Part shown: piece by piece, positions 55,544 through 64,000 of the stretch
Position numbering within the stretch: position 1 is the first letter of the stretch
Layout: every line of letters starts with the position of its first letter
Assembly (NCBI RefSeq): GCF_001194135.2
Contig: NC_068992.1
Location: forward strand, 67,674,648-67,738,647
Direction: 5' to 3'
Length of the DNA stretch: 64,000 nucleotides
Origin: Octopus bimaculoides
Taxonomy: Eukaryota
Made by a program: the position numbers and the translations under genes
The notes under the pieces: model-generated
The model's database searches: none
Told to the model about the DNA's origin: nothing
What the model saw: the letters and a program-made list of their open reading frames with translations, nothing else

Positions 55544-55874
55544 GTTTACAATTAACACGGAAAAATAAATAGATACCTGGGTAGCAAACAATCACACAAG
55601 TAAAAAGGGCGTAACTCCTTTGTTTTAAAAATAGAAACTTCGGGTTTACGCGAAATATTTTTTATATATATAAATAAATAAATGGGGTTAAACGCAGGTG
55701 TCATTCATATTCTTTTACTTCCGACACCTGTTTCAAGGATATTATTGGTATCTTTCCATTCCCCCCCAAAATTATATATATGCACATATATATATATATA
55801 CATACATATATACACACATATATATATACATCTGCTGCCTTTAGAAAATCGTTGCCTTCAGTTCCTCTGTGCCG

Positions 55875-56447
55875 TTACTAGGGGTTCTGTTGGTCTCTCG
55901 CTCAACTGTGTCCCATATTTAGCAACCAAAGGGGGTTGCAGTCTGGGGAGGTGGGTGGCCAGATTTTAGGGGTGATGTGGACGCAGAAATTGTCTGACAG
56001 CCATGATTCGGTTCATCTGCTTGTGTGGCATGATGCAGAAACCAGTTGCCAGACATAGGGCCTTCCAGTAGTCACCATCTTGATCCAGGACAGCACTATC
56101 TCATCTAGGGACTTGATGTAGGCCACCATGTTGAGTCTGAGCTACCGTGCGTTCATAATAACCATTAGACTCATTCTACTCTTTCCGAATCCTCTATACT
56201 TTCCTCAGATTAACACACAAACACTCTGAAATCTTCATATTGGAGCTTTCAGCGTGAATGCCAAGCGGTACAGCATGTCACTTCCACATTTTTGGCAGAG
56301 GCAATATGCGTTAAGGTGCTGTTTCTTTCACAGACGGTGCCCAACTAACCCTACTATACAGCGCAGGCAACAAAGTTTGAAACGAACAATGCGTTTGCGC
56401 GAAATTTAGAATATTAAATGGTAGTAATTTTCCCATCGAACACTGTA
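55875..56447 (-). mobile_element. internally deleted DD37D/maT-like transposon with one terminus
   Basis: Minus translation gives LRLNMVAYIKSLDEIVLSWIKMVTTGRPYVWQLVSASCHTSR*TESWLSDNFCVHITPKIWPPTSPDCNPL..WDTVERETNRTP, matching the GRPYVWQQDSAPCH and WPPNSPDCNP motifs. The end reads TA-CAGTGTTCGATGGGAA at 56447, a Tc1/mariner-style TA|CAG terminus. Confidence 0.88.
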
Positions 56448-56449
56448 TT

Positions 56450-56516
<67 letters not shown>

Positions 56517-57399
56517 TGATTATGTATATTTCATATGTTACTACAGTTACAGTATATACACATATAATGGGCCCATACTCAATGCGTAGAATTAAATTAA
56601 ATTATGACAGGAGAAAATCAAACACTAGCTAAATTAGGATATGAGGGAAAAATTGACCCCGACAATTGTAGAAATATAAAGCAACAAAAAGAACAATAGA
56701 ATTACTACACACTGAAAATAAATGCACCGATGAAAGTAAGAGAGAAATATTAAAAGTTTGAACCGATATCGAATATAAAAGAAAATGCAATAAGAGTGGA
56801 AAATACAAAAAAAAAAATGGAATATCGAATATTCCACATGCATTTACATGCGAAATCTGTTGTCTACAGAGGAGTATTATTCCCCTACTTCCCCTTTGAT
56901 AATAAAAAAAACATCCTCTTCAGCGTTAGATAATTTCCATTTCTTCCGTTGACGTATTTCAAAATATTTTCCAATTCTTTTCGTTTATTTTCACCTTTTA
57001 TACATCGACGTTTTTCAGTCTGCCGCTGATTGTCATTTTGCTTCATATATTTTCATTTTATTTACTCGTCTACAAATTTATTAAATACCATATACAATTC
57101 TTCTGATCTGGCGTCACGCATTTATTAGAAACGCCTATCTATCCATATGTTTACGTAACTAACGGAGTGAATAGCTATCAAAACGTATGTGTTTGTGTGA
57201 GTGTGTATATCTTTTATGTATGTATATATGTGTGTGTGCGCGAGTGTGTATATGTCATTGTTTGCTTGCACATGTATGTTCTTGATGATATTTTCTGCAA
57301 GCAATGTTTTAAGTTTAAATTTAATCATTTTAACTAAAACTGAAAATTCAGTCTTTTATTGTGAATAATATTGCTCATACTCTTTCTTTTTGAACCGAA

Positions 57400-57900
57400 G
57401 AGGTATGTTTCATTTTGGTGCTAATTCAGGGGTGTGTTTCATTTTGGTGCCAAACAATATCAGCAGCAACATTGTAAACGTCAGCAGCGCCTTCGCCATA
57501 ACGGCAGTAGCGACGCCAACGCCACCACCACCTCCACCATCGCCAGCACCAGCAACACCGATCCTAAAATACTCGCCAGGATCCTAAAATACTCGTTCGA
57601 ACAAGGGAGCATCCTTAACGCCAGGACGAAGATTTTCGGACCATGATTGCATTTTAGAAGATTCCTGCTAGCTTTTCGGAATTCGCAAGGGGACGGCACA
57701 GCAAGACGCCGATAGCCAAGGTCGAAAGGAGACAATCGTTTACCTTCGTGATTTGGGGATTTTTTGGTTACCTTCCCAGCGACGCTTTTCTGCTCTGTAT
57801 TTTAAAGAGGACTTAGGCCAGCACGTTTGGGGTATGAGGATACGCCGTAAAGGCAAACCCCTTATAGAGTGGAAACCCAGGATAACCCCATAAACCTGCC
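57400..57900. other. GC/CpG-enriched block with two pairs of 16-bp direct repeats; unclassified
   Basis: TGTTTCATTTTGGTGC at 57406 and 57435; GATCCTAAAATACTCG at 57560 and 57580; a degenerate (ACC/AGC)n tract; visibly higher CpG than the flanks. Confidence 0.55.
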
Positions 57901-58249
57901 TCTGCCATTATAATATTGACCGCTCTACATCTTAGAGTGTGCATCGTCTCCGGATTTATGGTTTTCTACACACACAGACACACACAAATATATAGATTTA
58001 TAGAAAGCAAAAGACGGAGACAGATGTGTAAACAGCAAGCAGGTGCATCAGTTTGACGCTCGGGAAGGTGAGAAAGTTTTTTTGTCGTTTCCAACCTATG
58101 CTCTTCAATGGAAATGAACACGAAGAAATAAACAGAGAATAAATATATATATGGAAAAAAATTCAAGGTGGAAAATGCTTAAATAATTTTATAAACATAT
58201 CAGTACCGGTTTCAGTCATTGAGACTTTTTCAACTGTAAATAAATATGC

Positions 58250-58261
58250 NNNNNNNNNNNN
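58250..58261. other. assembly gap (12 N) before (TA)n
   Basis: Run of N. Confidence 0.99.
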
Positions 58262-59180
58262 TATATATATATATATATATATATGAGATTTCGAATTGAA
58301 AGAGGATGGCCTTTAAATATGGAGGCACTTCATCCAATTGTACACCGGTTTAGCGCCATATCGATTAATTTTCTGGAATTTGTTAATTGGTGCTCATTGA
58401 TGGTTGAAATTGACAACTATTATGTAAATAAATTGATTTTCTGTGTTCGCTCACTCCATGTAATTTGTATTGTATATATATATATATATATATATATTAT
58501 TTCTATGTTTATTCATAAGATGTAATTTACATTATACTGAGAATGCCATCTGTGTATGAATTCTTTGTTGTCGAAATATACTTATCAATATTTAAGGACG
58601 GCATGTTTTGAGGTTTTGTAAAAGATATAAAGTAAAACAATGTAAAAGAAAACCGTGCAGCGAATACATGTATTGAGATTCATTTACAAAGCTGTCACAT
58701 TAGGATGAAGGCAAGCTGCTAACGTTTGGCCAGTGTTTATATTAGAGACTTGGTTATAAGCCGCCCTATAATTGATTATATTATACGAGTAAACATACAC
58801 ACCTGTTTGTGTGTCGTTTGAATGTAAGGACGTGCTTACGTATAAATACACGTATACATACATGCGACATACATCTAGAAGGTCGTATAGAAGCAGACGG
58901 TATGTATATATATATGTGTGTGTGTGTTTGTGAGTCTGTGTGTTTGTATGTGTATGCGCCCGCGTATGTGTGCAGATGTATAATTTTCTAAGTGTTTATA
59001 ACTTACAAGAGTACAAATTTCGGTGAGGGTTCAACCTCATTTAACTTCTGCAAAATTTTATATTCTCAAGTATTTATTCATTCAATATTACTATGCCGCA
59101 AATGCGTACATATAAATATATCTTGTTTGTTGAGTTTCTATAGGATACGTGTTCTATATATGCTCATAACAAACCGTATG

Positions 59181-59217
<37 letters not shown>

Positions 59218-60313
59218 TATTTTGTCGTACATTTTCATAACAAGAATATGCCCCAGAGCCATAATTTCTCTGCGTTTACTTAAGAACGTTAACACTTAAA
59301 CGACGGACATCTTCAATTCATGCTGGAATAATTTTACTTGCATACGGCCATCATCAATTGATGCCTAAATGGTTTCTTTCTCAAATGCGCAAGATCATAT
59401 AGAATAAATCAAGTTAAGAAGAAAGATATATATAGAGCGATGAAACTTACTATTCTATCCCCAAATATGCTTGAATGTAATGATGGGCTAGATAATACAG
59501 AAGAAAGTATTGCTTACTGGTAGAATGCACCGATCTCTTTCTATCTGTACAGGTATTTGACAACAAAAATACTGGAATATCAAATACATTTATGCTCACA
59601 CTGAATGCAGAGGAAAGCGAATTATTTAAGCATTTTTTTGATAGTGAAGGTAGTGAAATTATAAATGGCATTGTTTGAGAGGATAACAATTATTAGAGTT
59701 TTTGAATTTCTTTAAAGTGAAAGTAAGTTTAAAGATTATCTTTTAAGAAAATAGATATTTATGATTTGCCTGTTTGACATACAGTTTCATGTAACATTTT
59801 CCCATAATTTGATGGATAAATCGAATTGTGTGAGGGGAAATTGTAACAATTCTTTTAAGAGCTTACAAAACCCTGGCTGGTTTGAAGTATATCATCCGTT
59901 CTCTTCTGTTCGTTTCTTAAACGAAATGAAAACATAATGAATCTTCCTACGATCACCAGTATATATAATGTAATAAAAACCAAAAATCATGTGCTTTCGA
60001 TTATATGTATGTACATCTATATATGTGTGTCTGTGTGTGCCTGAGCGTGTACAATCATAGTACGAGTTCACTCGTTCATACAATCAATCATATGCATTCG
60101 CGAGGTTTGGTGCATTCCTCATCACAAAACTAGTTCGCCTTGCAGCTTGCTCGAAGGCGTTTATACATCCATATTTACTAACGGTTATTTTTCATACTTC
60201 TCTCCCTGGATTGCGTGTTCGTTTCTCTTTCTGCCATCTGAGATTTTATTTTTGATATTCTATATGAATGAAGATATTTTCTTCGTATTGCTGCTTTTCT
60301 TTCTATAAAACAG

Positions 60314-60543
60314 GAAGTACATTGTGGAACAATTATTTTAACGAGTTGCATTTATTTATCATCCGACGAGATACATCTGCACCGCCGGACGATCCTGAAC
60401 AAGTTTTTTTAGTGTCCTAACCATGAAGAACCGATGCTAGATGCGTCGAAACATTCGTCATGATTAATAATAAATTCTCGTATATGCCATCTTCCGTTCG
60501 GCATATACATAATTATCACTGCGAATGTGACCGTGCTTCACCA
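60314..60543 (+). other. candidate 5'-UTR exon of the GPCR
   Basis: Acceptor ttgctgcttttctttctataaaacAG|G (AG at 60312-60313) and donor CCA|GTAAGC (GT at 60544). This would leave a 292-nt microsatellite-filled intron ending at the acceptor at 60835. Inference only. Confidence 0.3.
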
Positions 60544-60584
60544 GTAAGCTACCACGTGTAAACCATTCGTTTTATTATCTATTT

Positions 60585-60619
<35 letters not shown>

Positions 60620-60805
60620 TTATATATGAGTATATATATATGTGTGTGTGTTTATATATGAGTATATATATATATGTGTGTGTGTGTGTATATAGATGCA
60701 TATATATGTATGTGCGTCTGTGTTTATATATTTGTGTGTGTGTACAGCACAGTGTAACCGAAATTAATTTTTTTTGCTGTTACATTTCACGTCATTGTCA
60801 TTTTT

Positions 60806-60835
60806 CTTATTTTCATTTTACTTTTCTCTTTGCAG
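60806..60835 (+). promoter_or_regulatory. 3' splice acceptor immediately upstream of the GPCR start codon
   Basis: Long polypyrimidine tract tttttcttattttcattttacttttctctttgcAG ending at 60835, 20 nt before ATG 60856. Confidence 0.7.
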
Positions 60836-60855
60836 TTTTGCATCCTATTCACAGC

Positions 60856-62157
60856 ATGGCGGACACGATGAATAATACAACTGTACCCGAAAAAGAAGCA
60901 GAGTACAGTGTGGAATATATGCTTGGATTTTTTGTTATTGTTGGTGTGTTGGGTAATGGTCTCGCAATTTGTGTATTTGCCAGAAAAAAAGAGAAATTGC
61001 CACATACCATATTTATTATTACATTAGCATTCACGGATTTTCTTACATGTTCCATAGTTGTTCCCCTGGCGATATACATGATCCATATGCGGTTTGAAAC
61101 AAACTCCGAAATCTTGTGCAAAGTGTATTTTTTCCTAATTACATCTAATGTACCTTTCTCTGCATTTATCATGGTTGCTATTGCAGTCGAGCGATATTTG
61201 TCAGTATGCCATCCTTTTTTGCATTTAATGAAACCTAAAAGTACAATATTCACTATATTAACAATGTTGTTATTTGCATCTTCCCTGGGTGTAATGACCT
61301 CTTTGATGCATAGGCCAAGGCCTGTTCCCTGTTCAAATTCATCGGAAATCGAGGTATTTCAGAGTTTTAATATTTCCAAAGACGGTGCATTGAATATAAC
61401 TGACTTTATGAGATTCGACGAACAAGTATTTAACGATAATTTCACCAATAATTATTTGAATTCATTAGACAATGAAGAACATTCAGAACAGTCTTGTACG
61501 AGATATTTCTGCAAAATTTCCTTCCACCTTTTCTCTAAAGACTTTGTAAATATATATCAAAAAGTATATGCGTCACTTTTTCTGTTGTCTTTTCTCAGTA
61601 CTTTAGTACTCTACGGCATGATATATCATTGTGTGTTTTGGCGCAGAGCAAAACGTTGGAAATCTCATCTAAAACAGCAGCAGATCCTCAGCAGCAACGG
61701 CGGCATGTCACAAACAGTGAACACCGTAGTGGACAATGAAGTAACTGAATTAACCGTCTTCAAAAACTCGCCTACGAATGCTGCAGCTGATACGGATACA
61801 ACAGAAAAGACTGCTGCCAACGCTTCGAACCATGAAACAGAAATTATTTTAAAGAAAGGTGCCAAAGCAAACACTTTAAAGCGGCAAATTACAATGAAAG
61901 ACAAGAATCGTTTCGCTAATTTTAAACTTGCTGTTATGCTGTTTGTGGTGAACTTAGTTTTCATTTTTGCTTTCTTGCCATCCTGGTTAATGGCAATCCA
62001 TATAATCAAATTTACACCAATTATCTTCTACGCATATTTTTGTTATAATGTAGCTAATCCTGTAATATATGCATTCTTAAACCCCTCGTTCAGGAAAGAT
62101 CTTTATGCATTGATGTGTTTAGTAGTAAAGAAACGCTCTGCCAGGCAATATATATGA
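60856..62157 (+). CDS. rhodopsin-family (class A) orphan GPCR, 433 aa, uninterrupted coding exon; peptide-receptor-like
   Basis: Seven hydrophobic segments with class A signatures: TM1 GVLGN, TM2 LAFTD, TM3 Cys (ILCK) and ERY (IAVERY.SVCHP), TM6 FAFLP, TM7 NPVIY followed by helix 8 FRKDL. N-terminal sequons NNT/NTT. The ATG at 60856 (MADTMNN) is in context ACAGCATGG and the stop TGA is at 62155-62157. The ORF-track start at 60610 lies in TA/TG repeats upstream of the splice acceptor and is rejected. Confidence 0.95.
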   Translation: MADTMNNTTVPEKEAEYSVEYMLGFFVIVGVLGNGLAICVFARKKEKLPHTIFIITLAFTDFLTCSIVVPLAIYMIHMRFETNSEILCKVYFFLITSNVPFSAFIMVAIAVERYLSVCHPFLHLMKPKSTIFTILTMLLFASSLGVMTSLMHRPRPVPCSNSSEIEVFQSFNISKDGALNITDFMRFDEQVFNDNFTNNYLNSLDNEEHSEQSCTRYFCKISFHLFSKDFVNIYQKVYASLFLLSFLSTLVLYGMIYHCVFWRRAKRWKSHLKQQQILSSNGGMSQTVNTVVDNEVTELTVFKNSPTNAAADTDTTEKTAANASNHETEIILKKGAKANTLKRQITMKDKNRFANFKLAVMLFVVNLVFIFAFLPSWLMAIHIIKFTPIIFYAYFCYNVANPVIYAFLNPSFRKDLYALMCLVVKKRSARQYI

Positions 62158-62241
62158 CCAAAAACTGAAATGATGTCCGCTACTACAATCTATTAGCTAC
62201 AGACTGCATGTTCTAAACAAACAAATATACACATCACCTAA

Positions 62242-62247
62242 AATAAA
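62242..62247 (+). terminator. candidate polyadenylation signal AATAAA
   Basis: First AATAAA after the stop, about 85 nt downstream. The hexamer is common in AT-rich DNA. Confidence 0.25.
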
Positions 62248-63910
62248 AGTCTGATGCTTGTGAACGTCAATTTATGTATGCATATGTGTGGCAATGACTA
62301 TGTGTATGTCTGATGTATATAGAATTAATAAGAACAATATGGGTTTATCCCGATCTGAACTGGAATTTTGACCGACGTCATATATAAACCACAAAAAATA
62401 TTTATTTCCTGTTCATATTTACGCAAATAAACACACTCACCCAAAAGCACACACACACACACACGACAAATACACACAAACATACATATACATGCGCACA
62501 CATAAACACACAAGCAAACACGCATACACAAACACACATCGACAAATACAAACATATGCACACACGCGCGCACACACACACATATGTTCATAATTTTAAG
62601 TGAAACAGCTTTTGTAAACTGTTTCTTTTAGAAGTAATAAAAATGCATCACGTTATTTACAATTGAAAAATACGTATGATGTACGTAGCGAAATTAATTA
62701 TATGTATGTAATTAATTGTATGGGAAAATCACACAAACACACATTCATGTACACGGAAGAAATGATACTCGTTATCGTAAGCAAAGAAATCGTTTATTTC
62801 TGAAGATCCAGTAGTGTATTAAAATAGATTAACACACACACACACACACAAATGCACTACACGTTATAATTGTACGCAGAGACGTGTGTGTAGCCATTCA
62901 ATAGTTGTAACTGAGAAAGAGCAACGGGTTAAGTAATTATATTTAAAATACAATTTAAAGTTGAGTATATTTTTAATAGGATAATACATCTTAAATTTGC
63001 TACGAAAATGTGTGTCATCAGTTCATATAACAGCATTTAAATTAAGTACAATATTTTGTTCAATTTATCAAAATTCTACAACATCTGCAGGCGAGCATAA
63101 CTCCTATTTCTTAATTTCGTATGTAGAGGTCTGTTCTGCCAACGACAGTTCAGCATTTCTTTCATATTTTGCTACTTTAACTGTTTTCCCTAACAATCAC
63201 TCACGTATGCGAAATTACGCTGGCGGAAGATATCCTGCACAGCTTCATTTACTCGTACATCATCGAAGTGTCTGTTCTGTTCTGTTTCAATGAAAGTCCT
63301 CTCCTACAGAACATTGAATTGCTCGTAACGTTCAATTTCCGAGTTTATTTTATTTCCAGCTATACCCATGATATTTCTTGTCCAACAATAATGAAATTTA
63401 CTGTTACTTATGTAGCAATGTTAAGGAATTGAAAACGACGTATGATATTGCATTTTATATTAGAATGAATGACTATTAAAATATTATTTACAGGATGTTG
63501 AAACTGTATTTTTCTTTTTACGAGATTAAAGATAGTGATTTCATGAATCAACTAATTACTTGTGTGTCCGACACCATAGGAAATTGGGAAGTAATTGATA
63601 CGTTAGTAGTTTGATATATAAAAATGTAAAAGCTTCCATTTATGATTTGTTGCAGCTTAATTCCCTTGGGCCCTGATATTCGCGCGCGCGCACACACACA
63701 CGGTACAAGCATATTTATCTACCTGTCTGTCAGTCTATCAATAAATCTATCTACCTCTCTCTCTATATATATGTATGTATAAATATATGTATATATAAAT
63801 ATATATATGCATGTATATATGAATATGTATATATATATATGCATGTATATACATATATGTATATATATACGTATATATATACATATATGTATACATATAT
63901 GTATACATAT

Positions 63911-63965
63911 TTATTTATTTATTTGTTTCAGCGAAGTGGCTGCGGTCATGCTGCTGCACCACCGT
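63911..63965 (-). mobile_element. SINE 3' tail remnant
   Basis: Reverse complement 'cggtggtgcagcagcatgaccgcagccacttcgctgaaacaaataaataaat' is homologous to the tails at 915-950 and 42530-42600. Confidence 0.65.
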
Positions 63966-64000
63966 GATTTTCACGTTCCTTGCATGGCTCTTCTCCCCCA

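Noticed and set aside
57390-57735. Pro/Thr/Gln-rich ORFs (65-84 aa) in the GC-rich block
   Set aside because: They are low-complexity translations of a degenerate trinucleotide tract in several frames, with no domain or splice support.
60610-60855. 82-aa N-terminal extension of the GPCR in the ORF track (515 aa)
   Set aside because: It is translated TA/TG microsatellite and a polypyrimidine tract ending in a splice acceptor at 60835, so it is intronic rather than coding.

Overview
AT-rich, microsatellite-saturated animal genomic DNA with five N-gaps. The repeat content (tRNA-derived SINEs, R4/Dong LINE relics, DD37D/maT and mariner relics, Penelope-like relics) looks to me like an octopus/coleoid cephalopod genome; this is from recall, not a search. 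Only one intact protein-coding region is supported: an uninterrupted 433-aa rhodopsin-family (class A) orphan GPCR at 60856..62157 (+). It sits just downstream of a strong splice acceptor, so its 5' UTR exons and promoter lie upstream, possibly within the ~60 kb of otherwise non-coding sequence. Nearly all other ORFs in the supplied track are microsatellite translations or pieces of decayed transposons. The most unusual observations are: (i) a tRNA-headed retroelement whose minimal hammerhead-ribozyme core is split into two oppositely oriented halves, as twin priming would produce (54141..54407); (ii) a dense set of R4/Dong retrotransposon relics, several embedded in (TAA)n tracts, including a chimeric copy and a permuted copy; (iii) a fold-back mariner with two converging 5' ends; (iv) candidate 5'-UTR exons of the GPCR. 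No prokaryotic-type system (CRISPR, operon) is present.
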